Shown: piece by piece, positions 50,541 to 63,395 of the stretch
Layout: each line of letters opens with the position of its first letter
How positions within the stretch are numbered: the stretch's first letter is position 1
NCBI RefSeq assembly: GCF_013076305.1
Contig: NW_027019762.1
Location: 5,541,008 to 5,605,007, forward strand
Origin: Rhopilema esculentum
Lineage: Eukaryota
Length of the DNA: 64,000 nucleotides
Direction: 5' to 3'
Position numbers and translations under genes: made by a program
The notes under the pieces: generated by a model
What the model was told of the DNA's origin: nothing
The model's database searches: none
The model's input: only the letters and a program-made list of their open reading frames with translations

Positions 50541-53500
50541 TAAGACTTTTCCTTTTCTACAAGGAGGTTATGCTGTGTGTGCCTGTTGCCTCTAAACTTG
50601 CAGTATCAACTCAAAGCTGTCCTGCTCTTTACACCAAATATCGTATACAGCTCTGCCTATATGGCATAAAGCACTTTATGGCAGATCGGTAAACAGTAAT
50701 TACCATAAGGAACGGAAAAAAGTGGCTAATTTTGAGGGGTCGTGGAAGGATAAAAGTTCCAACTTTTTGTAAGATGAAAATTCTCAGTCTTCTTTTATCA
50801 AAGACTTCTCAGCACCTTTATCATAGCAATTTATGATAAAGTGGGGGAGCTTTTCATACACTCGATTTTTATAAAAAGCGTTGAGAATTTCTAGTACTGA
50901 AAGATTCTTAATTTTTTGTTGAATTAACTACTCGTAGTTTCTTAAAAAATCCCTATTCTCATTTTTTCTGATCAATATATGGTATTATCATTTTCCATTT
51001 CTTTCCGGAAATTCTTCTGTCTGTTCAAAACTATGTAATTCAACTTGACTCCCGTGAAAAAAACAGTGCAATAGTGTAATTTGAGATCCAGTGGAGACAG
51101 GGTTAGTGAATGGGTCCGCTCCACCCTGTAAATTTTTATAAGGTTTAAAATTTTTAAACTTAAAATCTCAAATTCCAAAGATATAAAATTCACAGGTTTG
51201 GTCTTGAGAAAAACAAATCCAAGATAACTGTTACGTTTTCCAAACAAAGCAAAACGTCGACAAGAATCAAATGTTATGAGATGAATTTTCAAAAGAAATT
51301 AAATTAAACGAATACTCTTAAAATAATTTGTAACCGGGTCAATCTTTATCATTATTCTTCTAATCTTTATCAAATATCTTCCCTGTAATTATTGCTACTT
51401 GAGCTTCAGCTATGCACGAAAATGAAGAAAATGTTGAGTCAATAATAAGATATTCAACAATACCAATATTAAACATCAACAATATCAATATCTGATGAAT
51501 ATCGGCTGAAAATATCTGACACAGGGCCTCAGTGTTTTTAAACAAATATTTCTTTCGTTCCTTTTTAGTTTAGTTCTCCAAGCCCGGATGTTAGCAAAGA
51601 AAAAGGTGCGTATCTTTTCGACAATAAAAGACTCTATATTCTTTTAGACTCCATATTGATATAGACTCGTTTGCAATTACTTTTTCTTATCAATATTTCA
51701 GCGACCAATTTATTAAATCGAGGATTTCCACGAAGCAAGTTCAAAGGGATTTTCATCGGGTCAGGGTCTCTAACCAAGCAAAAAAATATCGCATACCTTT
51801 GCCTAGATTTTGGTTGTTTGACAGCCGGGCATAGTGATAACAAGCCAAAATTAACTGTGGATTGGAGAAGGCAATCTCGTTTCGTCATTTTGAGAAGTTC
51901 TAACACGTATTTGTCATCTGTAGCGCCATTTCTGTACAGTTCACTCCCGTTAAATCGTACCGCATTACTGGAGTTGTCACCAAGTCGGACTGATTTTCAG
52001 TTCCTATTGGATTCCCCTACTTTATTCAAGTCAAAAGTCGTATCCCGGATAGGTCGGACAGTTGCTAAGTGAGACCATCCCGCCCTCTCTTGAAGGTATT
52101 CATCGACCTTGCTGTGTATAGTGAGGAATCATTTTATAAATCGATGTTGATAACAAATTTATTTTCATGTTGTTTTCATTTTTGTATGGAATCCTCACAT
52201 GCCACAATGATATGCTATCAAGTAAATCGTCTCTCTTTCTAGTGCCTTTCCATTTTAGAAACAGTCTGCCTTTGCTATCATTTTATTTCTAATATAACTG
52301 AAGATCCATTCTTTGCAGGAAGTTAAGAATGCCTCTCTTTTTTAGATGCACTCATTGACGCCTCATATGCCATGAAATACAATTTTGAGAAGGTATCGTG
52401 AAAATTGTCCTCCGTCTTTGCAGATCAAACCGTTCAACTCAAAGCGTAATTGTTCTTGCACATCCACGGCAATTTCATAATAACAAAGTATCGATTTTCA
52501 TGTTTCTTCCATCAGTGGGTTCATTAATTATTGCTTATAAAGTGATCGATTAAGTTAATGATTCGTAATATTTAAAAACCTCGAAAAAGGGTCAATTAAG
52601 TTATTAATTTTTGTTGTGATGAACTGCAATGTCACATCTCAGGAAATTATTCTTTCTGGAGACACACTAAAGCCTACATTCAATTATGCCAGATTAACAC
52701 TTGGAAAACATTATTTTAGATGCAGACATCAGAGCTTTTGTCATTTCAAAAAAAACATTGATCGTAGAGCACTTATAAGCATAATTACTCTGCTTGATTA
52801 TAGGTAAAACATAGAAGTGACAGACACTTTTCTTGCAGCTGGCTTCTAGTGTCCTTTTAATTGGGAGGGGGGGGGGGGTGTTCCAATAGTTTATGTCGGC
52901 ATAAAGGCTACACAATTTCGTGGAATTCATTTTCTTTATCGCTTTACCTCCTGAATTTTCATTTCCAAAGAATTTAGTTCAAGTGGAAGTAATTTTTGTA
53001 ATTAACTTGCTTAAAGCTAAAACAAAGTCCTTGAAGAATATTCTATGCCCGAAATAATGAGCATAGAAAACTGATCTGTACTTAGTGACAGTTAATGATG
53101 TAGCAAGTAATCCTGGTCAATTTCAATATTGCCTGAACTAGCAAAAATACTTGCATAGCAATTAATCTGTTTTCTCTTTTCCAAGGACTTTGTACATACA
53201 AACATAAATCCTCAACACTCTAGATATCATGCATTCGATTTGGGCAAGAGAGCTTTCAAGTGCCAATACGTAAAGAAGAAATTTTTTCTCTCACTATTTT
53301 GAACCCCGATTCATTCAGCATTTTGGCTAAGGTTCTGTTCCATTTGTTTAAATTCTTAGCAGATGCCCAGTATACTTCTTAACAAAATTAGATCCGAACC
53401 AAACAGACGCACTCTTTATTGCAAACGAGATTCTAGTCTTTCTGCCTGAGGAACCAGTTTAGTTGAGTAATTCTTGAGTTTCTTGCAGATGTTCATCTGA

Positions 53501-55396
53501 TACTAATTACCATAACATAGAATGAGGATTTTGTCTCATCGCAAATTCGACGATCAAAATGCTTTATTCCCCACTTATCACCTGCAACACGCAAGGTTTT
53601 GCGTGGTGGCTTTTAAGAACTTAAAATTCAAGCTCGGGTTATAACAACGACTTTTGAATTTCTAGGTTTTTTGTATTTATTATTCTGAAAAATTTATAAC
53701 CAAGAACGCGTATATGGCTAACAAAAAACGTGGATCTGCCAAAACATATCTGCGAAATCCCTGTGTTCCGGAGGATTTTGTGATTTGACAAAAAGTACTG
53801 TATCATAAAACACTAGTTTTTTCTTCAGATAATATTACTATGACCCCCTTGGTTTACATTGCGTTTTATACTTTGTGGTTTTTTTCCAAATAGACAGAAT
53901 AAATTTTTGCACTCCTTGCTATTTTTACATAGAAAGCAGGAATTAAGGAACACATTCATTCGTATCGGCTTCAGACCCCTGCTTTATGACACTATCATAA
54001 AAGAGGACTCTTCCTTTCCTATTTCATTCGTTCATTCTTTGATTCTTGTTATAGTTTTCTTAATGTTTTTTTCAAAAGCTCCCTAGTTCTGAAACAAACA
54101 CATAAAATCGAGGAAACGAATGCTTAAAGCTAAGCAGTGTGCACTATAGACGGTTTTCTTTAGTGATATTTAATTTTGTCTGAATATTCTCCGACCTAAA
54201 GTGATTACGAAATGGCAGAAGCTGATTTTGAGAGCTTCTATGTAAGACGAAGTTTTATCTTGTGTGTTTAAGAAGATGTTAAGTTTGCCAAGGTACATCA
54301 AGACTCTTACTGCTAGAAATTCACCTTTTCGCTTTGTTCCTTCAGCCTTCGCTCGGACTGTCGCCGCTTTCACCGTTAAAAAGACATGGCAGTGCCAACT
54401 CTGTTTCTGACATAAAAGAGAAAAGATCAGATTTTACAAAGGTGTGTCACTTGTTCTTATTGCTCGTTATCATAGCGGTCTCAATCATCGAAATGAAGCT
54501 ACCTAGCTTTTCCAGTTTATTGTCCACCGCGATCTCAATGCAACAGCTCTTTATCCATTCTTTATTGATTTGGGCAAATTTCAAGCATATTCAGTTTTTA
54601 CTATTTAAACCCTTTCATATCATCGAAATCATAAAAGCTGTACACTGGTATATAGTGGAAAATGCTTTTCACCGAACCGGCACCTTCAATTTTCTTACTG
54701 TGCAAGTCATTAATGTGATATTTTCTGATTCATCTTTCTAAATGGAACTGTTGTGAAAGTTACCCAATAGTATTGTGATATTATTTACTGCAAGTTTTGC
54801 AGGCGTCAAGTTACGTAATATGCCTCTATTCAGCTAAAGATTAATTTTTGATGTTGAGAATCACTTTCCGTTAACTAATTTGCCAATTCTGTTCATCATC
54901 AGACCAAATATTTGAAGAGTATATAATTTTCAAGGCGTTAAGACTCACCAATTGTTGTTAATGTATTAAGATTCGACGTCTTTAGCGTCGTTCAATTTGA
55001 TGTATTAATGTAAATCAGCAAAGTCGAGCAATAGTCATCTTAATGCTAATAAAACTATTGTCATTAGCTGAAATTTTCTGATGCTTCCCTGGCATGATTA
55101 TACCTCGTTGAATGCTTTATAGAAAAAGAAAAAGCACTGCTTACTAGTTCAGTATTTTGGTTGAAGCAAATTTTTGTAAAAAAATAAAGGCAGGAAAATA
55201 GAGGTTTTTCTTAGATTGAATGAATTAATTTTTTTTTCCTTTTCCATTATTCTTTTCTTGTCTTTTGTATAGAATTTCTGAGGTTTTATTCAATCTATAG
55301 GAATTCAGTTTGAGTAGCAGCTATCGCGGGGAATGTGAAAAACCGATCTGTGAACCTCTAGGTATGATTATCATGTTTAGTTTTATTTGAGTCAGG

Positions 55397-56015
55397 TTTC
55401 CATATAGCTTTTATGCATTGGCGACACATCGGCGATGATTCTTCTCAGCCTTGTTTCTCTTCAGCGATGCATTGACGACCCTCTTAACCCAGGCCATTTA
55501 GGGAGCCTTTTGACAACAAACCGTGCCTAAAGGCGGGTTTCCACTTTATTCGCTCTCGTCGCACGACTGAGCGAATGCATATTGGGGCATGCGCAAATTA
55601 AACTTCCTCATTCGCTGCGAATGCGCGACCATTCGCTGAGTAGTTCAACTCAGTTGAACTACTGGGCGACTGGTCGCGTTCGCCGATACGCTGACTTGTT
55701 GATTCGATTTCGCCAAGTTGCGCGACCAGAGCGAATCAAGTGGAAACTGGCCTTAACGAGTGGGCATCGTGATTGATAATGGTTTTGATTGGCTAGTGTC
55801 GGTCATATGTTCACACGGAGTTGCCGACATGTTGGCGATGCATGTTTCCATTAAAATTTTCAGTCATCGCCGACATCGCCGACAGAAAAAAGTTACAACA
55901 GATTCAACTTTTGCAGGGCATCGCCGACACGTCGGCGACAACCTTGTAGGAGTGTTTCCATTAAACTTCAACTCGTCGGCGACCTGTCAGCGATGCATAA
56001 AAGTTATATGGAAAC
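55397..56015. mobile_element. MITE-like, foldback-type non-autonomous DNA element, ~620 bp, with ~25-bp TIRs and a nested inner inverted repeat
   Basis: The outer TIR is GTTTCCATATAGCTTTTATGCATTGGCGAC at 55397. The reverse complement of the end at 56015 is GTTTCCATATAACTTTTATGCATCGCTGAC. Internal direct copies of GTTTCCATTAAA(A/C)TT occur at ~55843 and ~55957. Repeated CGCCGACA/TCGGCGAC motifs are present. An inner inverted repeat spans 55536-55755: GGTTTCCACTTTATTCGCTCTCGTCGC paired with GCGCGACCAGAGCGAATCAAGTGGAAACTGGCC. The palindrome GAGTAGTTCAACTCAGTTGAACTACTG lies at its centre. No clear TSD was found. Confidence 0.6.
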
Positions 56016-57765
56016 TAGGCTCTACAAATTTTTCTTGAAAAATTTGCCAACTTTTTTACATTAATATGAGACCTTCTCTGTACTATTGGCACTTGCTACG
56101 CTTTAAGAATCTTCGTGCATCGAAGCAAGGCTGCAAGGATGATATTGGATAGCACTGCCGGAGCAATTTCATGTTAGCATTCTATCACTAAGTAACTTAC
56201 GAAATGAGTGGGTTAGGTTTAAATTTTTGAGTATTGTTCAACTATCTAGATCTAGTTAATGTCAATTGGCATTAAGGGAATGACGGAATTTACGCATAAC
56301 GGAAAGCAATCAACGCAATAACAAGCTGATTCTGATGTCTGGTATTGAGCAGGTAAATCACGTTAAAAGGAGGGGGATTGCAGGAACAAGGCTTGACACA
56401 GCTAACTAAAACAAGTGTTACCACTAGAACTGAAATACCTTATACTTCTAATATTAATTTTAACGGCACCAGTTTAGGAAGTTCAAGTGTAGTATGCCCC
56501 CCATTGTTCTCAGAATCTCTTTTCATGGCCACGATATTCATGCATCGTTGATTCAATGCACAAATAAACAATCAGAATGAAGAACCACAATAGCGTAATT
56601 TCCCTGAGCATCATGAAGGGGACAGACTGCCTGTAAGATATTCATAAACTAGAAATAGCTCTTGCTAGTACTGCCCGCAAACAATTAGTTCCTTGATAAT
56701 GATTGTTTTGAAAATGTAGGTCAGGATATTCGAAGAAGACACCATCTTGGGTTTTCACAATTCTATAAAAACAGCTGCTCCAGTTGATGCTAAACTCAAA
56801 CCGCATACTCTATTTTATTATTGTTTGTGGTTCTGTTGCAACAAATCTCCTCATTTGCAGATATTGTTTTTATACAAGCTGTTTCACATTTATCTCTAAC
56901 ATACCGAGATATTTATTTCCTTCTTCATGCATACTTTTCAATTGTTTCACCATTTGGCATTTGTAAACCAGTGCTTTTCGCACCTTTTCCCAAATTTCTT
57001 TGTTACCATTCCACACTTCTGACCCCCCAAAATCATGTCCCCGCTCAAAACATTGACAGTTATTACAAGTGAGTCAATCTAACTTTCATTCTTTGCGAAT
57101 AACTTGAAATCATCCATGAAAAGATGATTCACTTTTCATTTCCCCTTTTCGAGAAGGTTTCAAGCCACATACTTCCTCAAAATCATGGACATCAGTAAGT
57201 CACAAATAAGAGTGGTGACAGAGAATGGGACAGGTAGTCATCTTGAAAAATTCTTTGCTCAGTCTTTACTCCTCCTAATTCCTCGTTTCCTGATTTTAAC
57301 CTAGTTCTCCAACATAGTATGATTTTTCTTTTAGTTCATTGATATTCTCCAACTTCTATTATGTCAAGGCATTCTGTTATCCTTGAATGCGGTATCACAT
57401 CGTAGGCTTTGCGATAGTCAATCCATGCAATGGACAAGTCTTTAGGTCTTCCCTTACAATTTTTGATAATGATCAAAAAGTATCTGATCTTTTATGGCTC
57501 TTGCCTTTCTTTACCCCTCTTTTGTTAATCTGGGAACAACTCCCTCTCTTCCATATAAGAATAGATTTGGTTTGTAGCTATAGCTGTCAATACCTTCAAC
57601 ATAAATCGTAAGCATGAGATCGATCTGTAGTTTTCTACAGCATTACCTCTACTTGGGTCTTTCAAGCACAGCACTGTTTTTCTTGTAGTCATCCATGTCG
57701 ACACTTTACCTTACCATTTTACGGTATTCCCGTTCTTGTACTAACACTGGTTTTGCTTTATTCAG

Positions 57766-58388
57766 CTACCGCTGTACCACTGGACACCGTGAACATTCTC
57801 GGGAAAAGTAAGCTCTCCAAGACACTGTCAGGCCCAGCGACCACGAGTGCGAGCTCTCAGACCGCCGTCTTGTCTTCGCTGCAGAATTTCGCTGCATCAA
57901 AAGACAAGGAAATGCAAAAGCTACCCGCTGCCCACGATAAGGAAAATCGTGAAGCACCTGTGTCGAAATTTGTTGGATCAAAAAATGTTGGACAGATGGG
58001 GTCGTTGATAAAGGATGAAAGTGGAGTTAGTGCTATTGGTGCTCAGGAACCGGAAGCTTCAAAGGAAAGTCAACGTGAATTACAAAAGAAAGGCCCGCTG
58101 AAGCTGGAGCCCCAGAAACAGCTCAAAGAGCCGCTCAAGGCTGGTGCCCAGGCCCTCAAAGAACGAATAAGCAGTTTTTCAACGTATCGTCCACGTGGGA
58201 AGACTATTTCCGCCTACCCAGTGTCAAAGATTCCCCAAACTGGGGCCGAAAATAAAGACAGACTGACGTTGCCAGACAAGGGTTTCAGGGCGTCGTTGAA
58301 TCCCTACTTTGTGTTTCTTCAATTCTTTTATTCACCATTCGTCAATGCTGGGGGTAGTGGTAGGCCTTTGCTGCTTGGTTGTGGAGAG
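57766..58388 (+). CDS. TSC2: TSC2 linker exon: (S)TAVPLDTVNILGKSKLSK... ...RGKTISAYPVSKIPQTGAENKDRLTLPDKGFRASLNPYFVFLQFFYSPFVNAGGSGRPLLLGCGE
   Basis: The acceptor ctttattcag| has a perfect TACTAAC branch point 25 nt upstream. The exon matches human [63 protein letters not shown]. Donor GAG|gtgtgt. It needs phase 1 on entry, which is consistent with the exit of exon 30. Confidence 0.75.
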
Positions 58389-59262
58389 GTGTGTTTGATT
58401 ATTTTAGTACTGTACCGCGTGTTGAAGGTCTTAACTGGGAACTATCAGCCACAAACGACTGTATGGGTAATCTATGAGTCGTTATGAAACAATGTAAGAG
58501 TCGTTTGCGTGTAAGTCAAATAGCTGGTTTCATTAGTTAAGTCGCCTGCTTTTAATCCTGATGGTCGCTTGTTTGATCGAAAAGGACTTCTTGTAATTGT
58601 CAATATTTTTCCAATCAATTCTTGAATGTTAACGCAGGACATAGATAGATTTCTATCATTAGAGTTGTTTACCAGTTTAAATTATTCATGTCAATAAAGA
58701 GGCTTTTGGGCAATCAAATTTAAGTCTAATCATGTTACTTTATACGGGTATTGGATAAATAGCCAATTTTGTTATGTCTGCTGTTCCCCAACATTCGAGT
58801 CAAAGAGCTTTATAGTAACTTTCTAAAGGCTGTTCTTAATGACGCATTGCTAACAATCAGCCATTGCGCTACGCAAGCATCCCATAATTCATTTTCGGAC
58901 AGTCTTAAATCACTTTTAGTTAATCCGTAGAAGTTTATTGCCATTATTTGGATCGTCGCCTGGACAATTTGCCAACGCACGCAAAGGCTCATTGTTAGCA
59001 ATGAGTCTTTAAGTTCAAAAATATTGATTTGAAATATAATTTAAAGCACCGTTTCCAAGAAAGAAACATGCATTTCTGCTGTTATGATTTGTTTTACTTT
59101 GTAGAGTGTTGTATTTGCAAGGACCGTTAGACCCTTACCTTTAAGATAAACATTTTATGTAGATCAAATTGCAGTTCAAAGTATTCAAGTTCTGTCCTAA
59201 AAAGAAAAAGAACTTTCGTCTCAATTGCTCATAGGTATAATTATGAATAACTTCCATTGCAG

Positions 59263-59536
59263 GTCATTGATAGAGCTGTGAGGATGCTTGATCGAATCCC
59301 GCCGTATGACCATCACAAAATAGGTGTTCTCTACGTTGGCCCTGATCAGGAATCAAATGAAACCGCTATTCTAGCCAATCAGTTTGGCTCGCATAGATAC
59401 CTACAGTTCCTGAGTGGCCTTGGAAAACTAACAAGTTTATTAGATTGCTCTTACACCGAAGTGTACACCGGAGGCCTGGATCGAAATGGGGAGGATGGGA
59501 AATTCGCGTATTCATGGAGAGACGATATTACCCAAG
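59263..59536 (+). CDS. TSC2: TSC2 exon: VIDRAVRMLDRIPPYDHHKIGVLYVGPDQESNETAILANQFGSHRYLQFLSGLGKLTSLLDCSYTEVYTGGLDRNGEDGKFAYSWRDDITQ(G)
   Basis: Acceptor ccattgcag|, donor G|gtttgt. Matches human [87 protein letters not shown]. The downstream GAP-domain exons were not found within the window. Confidence 0.85.
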
Positions 59537-62231
59537 GTTTGTGTAAGCTCAATACTGTATCTTGTTATGTTTGAGTAAGGTTGAGGCTCCTATACAATCG
59601 GTACATGGGGGAGGTTCCTGATAGAGAAAATAAGATTATCGTCATGATATATTGTTAAAATGATGACGCACAATGAATCCGGTTCGATATTAATTGATGG
59701 AAAGAGCTTCGTAATCGAAGTTGTTTGGGAACACGGAAAATAATGAATTTAAGCACAAACTCTTTTAGGGAGAGAAGAGCTTTTGTTCCTTTTTTGTTCC
59801 GAAGCTATTGTTCGCTACTTTTTGTATATTTTTATACTGAAACTTTTTGGAAGCCTTTGGTATCCAAAAAATCTTTCTATTTTTTCATATCTTTTTGTGG
59901 TATTTTTAACAATAAAGGTACAACGCACTAAGGCTGGAGCAACTTCTTTGTTTGATCCGCTGGCGGTTTCTTAATGACAGCGCATTTTATTTGAATGATG
60001 TGCAGGTCACTATTTGAATCTCAAAGCTGTATTTGAATGTCACGCGGAAAATAGTTCGTCAGATTTTTTATAATTACGAACATAAAGAAAACTAGGGTGC
60101 ACTGTGATGGCGTCGCCTAGCAAAGTGACGCTGCCTATTCTTAATTTTTCATTAGGCTCTTAATCAAAGGCTTTTATCTCGGTTATATTTTACCCTTTGG
60201 GACATACTGTGATTTTAAAAGGACTTTATAAATTCTGTTTTATTAGCCAAGCCGACAAATCATTTCTCTCTCTGTTCTTCTTATTTGAAATTTTCTTTCT
60301 TCAATGGTCCGTAATTCGCTTAGCCATGGCGTAGCACTGTCTTCGCTTTCTTTTGAGCAAAGGTTCTAGGAAATGAGTAAGCTTTTACACATGTCAAGTC
60401 TAAACAGGCAAATCCTTGGTCTGATAGAGATAAGTCTAGTTGCCTTATCTTTGCACTATAGTCCAGGTAAAAGTAGTAGCAATTTTTTACCAAACTGATC
60501 GTCATCATAATAGCATGCTTGATACTATCATTTAACTAAGGACCCAAGTACTGATATGACACGCCTTGATGCTCTGTGTATTTCTGTGTATTTTGTTAGC
60601 AATGTCTGTTTCTTTTAAAGCCTGGTTTTCGATGTCTGCTAGTGATGTCTGTTACCAGCATTTAAAAGTTGTCACGAATGCTTCAGTGGCTTTATATTCT
60701 TATTCACTGTTTAATAAAAAAATGTAGTGCCAGTTTTACATTTGAAAATTGTTTCGGGTGTTGATTCTACTCACAGAAGCACTTTAGGGATGCTGAAATT
60801 GTGTTAATACCCTTTTGTTCTTAGAGAATGTTGTTCTGAACTTTTCAGTTGACATATGTGGCATTCCTTGAGTTTCATGGACACTTTCTTGCAGCTTCTG
60901 CTGCATGGCATTTTTGGATCCCTCTTCTCTTTCGCACCATTGAATCAGTCTTGTGCCTTTGGCAGTCTGATTAAAAAACACCTCTATTCAGCGTGGAGCG
61001 ATATTTTATAATTGCCACATTAGCTATTTTAAGTTTGCACTGTGCGTTACTGGGACAGAGAGAGACGAGGAACCGTGGACATGTCGTCCAAACAGTTAGC
61101 ACTATTGTTATAGAGAATGTGGGGATGTGACAACCCTTTGGGAATGTTCTGCTTCAAAAACAAAGGGCCTTTTTTATCTAGGAGTGCTTCGTTGGCAAAT
61201 TTTCAACCTTGTCGGCAAATAAAGGATGGCTCACCCACTCTGTCGGAAATAGGACCAAGAAACCCCTCTTGAGCACAATAGATAGCGACGGCTCTGAAAA
61301 CGCTTCCAGGTGAAAGAAAACAGATTGCTTATCTTTTCCCAGCGAAAAGGAGACTGATCTTACCTGACAACAAGTTTTCATCAAATGGACTTTTTATTTG
61401 TCAGTTTTGTTTTACTTTTTTTCGTGCACTGTTATCATTTTTGGCCTTTATTTGACATTTTTATATGTCTTCTATACTGTATACGGTATTATCACAGATA
61501 AAAGTCCTTATGGACTTGTTCGGTTTAACTTTTGGAAATCTCTGTTGAAGATTTCTTGCCACTGTCTCGAAACAACGAATATGTAAACCTCTTCAGGCGA
61601 TATACGCAGGATAAAATAATCATCTTGGGAAAATTTCTCTTAATCCCGATTAGACGAGAAAATATCCTAAATGAAGTTTAATGCTGCAGCTGCTGAATCT
61701 GGTATTAAACAAACTAGAACTGTTTTCACTCTAAAGCGTTATGTTTTTACATTAATAATTGCATTATGGTCCGTTGTCCGTGCAGGTCAATTCCAACAAC
61801 TTCTGATGCTTCGGAGGTTTGAATACTTGCACTTAGAAAGACGGTCAACTGATGACACAGGCTTGTAGCTAGTATGAAAAAGGATTTCATTTTACAGAAA
61901 GCCAGGGTAAAGTTAAGATACAGACGATAACAATTACAATCGATAAACTATGTTTAAACAACCAGATGTATTCTGCACGCATAAATATGCCCCTCAAAGA
62001 AGACTACATTATGCCCTTACTTACATGGGTTAGAGTAAACAATTGATCTCTCATAGATCTGTGTATGGGTTAATCGAGAGCCTTTAAGTACAGAGAAAGG
62101 GTTCAGAGCGACGTGCCCTATGACACCAACAACCTTTGACATTTGATTTAAAATTCTATATATTATAAATAAACTAATAATTAGACCTTGATCAGGAGTT
62201 TCTAAATTATTACCACAGTTCTAAATCACAA

Positions 62232-63395
62232 CTATCGAGTGACGCTTCTAAGCCTTGTAAAGCCATTCTTTACTGGTGAAATTATGAGGCTTCGACATCT
62301 TCCTACGGCGTTGCAGAACTCGAGTGCAACTGAATCCGTCCACGGGGACGCGAAGAACCCTTCTAAGAAGCCGCAATGACCTCCTGTGTCTGTAACCACT
62401 TCCAGGCAGTATGGGTTATTTCTTAAGACCACATATGCCGGGATCTTGTCATCTAATACCGGGTCGTCCAGTGAATTGATAAACAGTGCTGGCGTGCGTA
62501 TGTTCCTTATGAATGTCATTGGATTGTTTATTTTCATCCACTCACTGAAACCGTCGTATGGGCTCGTATCCCAATGCGACAATTGGAGAATATCATGCAA
62601 AGAACCGTCAGTGTCGTGATCGCCTTGCTTTTCGCGGAAATGCATGCAAGTACTCTCTCTAACAAGCTTTTTGTAATATTGATTCACAACTTCTTTGTAC
62701 GGCTTTTTGAGACCAGAGGTAAGTACCATCTCCAGATCTAGGGATGATGACACAAATACTGCTGCTGTGATTAGACTAGACTTTCCGCGCTTTCCCAAGT
62801 AGCTGAAAATGGGACCGGCGCCGAGCGAGTACCCTACGGCAAACAAGTCACTAAAGGGACTTACATTGTGAATATAGTCAAGTGCCTCCTTGAAATCGTC
62901 AGCATCCAGAAATGCAGCAAACTGCCTTGTTGTTAAGGGTACATTGTGGCCCCGACTGTTATAGACGACCGGTTGGAATCCTTCTTTGTAAGAAGCCTCA
63001 CAAATAGAGTAAACATCTGGCCCGAGAGCCCATGTACTGATGATCAATATCGGGTCTGTGTTGGAACGAGCGCTTTTTATGTCCCGTGCTTCTGATTCAA
63101 CATACCACTGAAGCGAGATAGTCCCACCATCTCTCATCTGTATATATTCTGTTTTGAACTGAAACCTGTGGTTGAAAAAATGGCCCAAACATCCTAGAAT
63201 TGTCTGTATATGTGAATTCGTCGCCCAGAGTGTTGGTTGATATCCTGCTTTTAGTTTCTCGCATAACGACAGTATAGCAGTGTTCCGTTTGTTTTTCTTC
63301 CAGTACAGCTTTGAAGAGCTGTTTTCGTTATGCTTAGCTCTTAAAAAAAGGCAGCACAAAAAGAGGAGCAATGTTAGCAGAGCCTCGATGACCAT
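62232..63395 (-). CDS. Intronless ABHD1/ABHD3-like alpha/beta-hydrolase (abhydrolase domain-containing protein), 387 aa, apparently intact
   Basis: Single uninterrupted 387-codon ORF. It is collinear with human ABHD3/ABHD1 across several blocks. The N-terminal hydrophobic anchor is MVIEALLTLLLFLCCLFL. The block YQPTLWATNSHIQTIL corresponds to human YYPTVWCFEGRGQTLL, IQMRDGGTISLQWY to IKTADGGQISLDWF, and VVYNSRG to VVFNNRG. The nucleophile elbow is GYSLGA (human GVSMGG), followed by SYLGKRGKSSLITAAVFVS. The Asp motif is NSLDDPV and the His motif is GGHCGFLEG (human GGHIGFLEG). Confidence 0.85.
   Translation of the reverse strand: MVIEALLTLLLFLCCLFLRAKHNENSSSKLYWKKNKRNTAILSLCEKLKAGYQPTLWATNSHIQTILGCLGHFFNHRFQFKTEYIQMRDGGTISLQWYVESEARDIKSARSNTDPILIISTWALGPDVYSICEASYKEGFQPVVYNSRGHNVPLTTRQFAAFLDADDFKEALDYIHNVSPFSDLFAVGYSLGAGPIFSYLGKRGKSSLITAAVFVSSSLDLEMVLTSGLKKPYKEVVNQYYKKLVRESTCMHFREKQGDHDTDGSLHDILQLSHWDTSPYDGFSEWMKINNPMTFIRNIRTPALFINSLDDPVLDDKIPAYVVLRNNPYCLEVVTDTGGHCGFLEGFFASPWTDSVALEFCNAVGRCRSLIISPVKNGFTRLRSVTR

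Noticed and set aside
51671-52072. 133-aa + ORF MQLLFLINISATNLLNRGF...
   Set aside because: It has no homology and no splice-site support. It overlaps a dispersed repeat that is also present at 25.9 kb.
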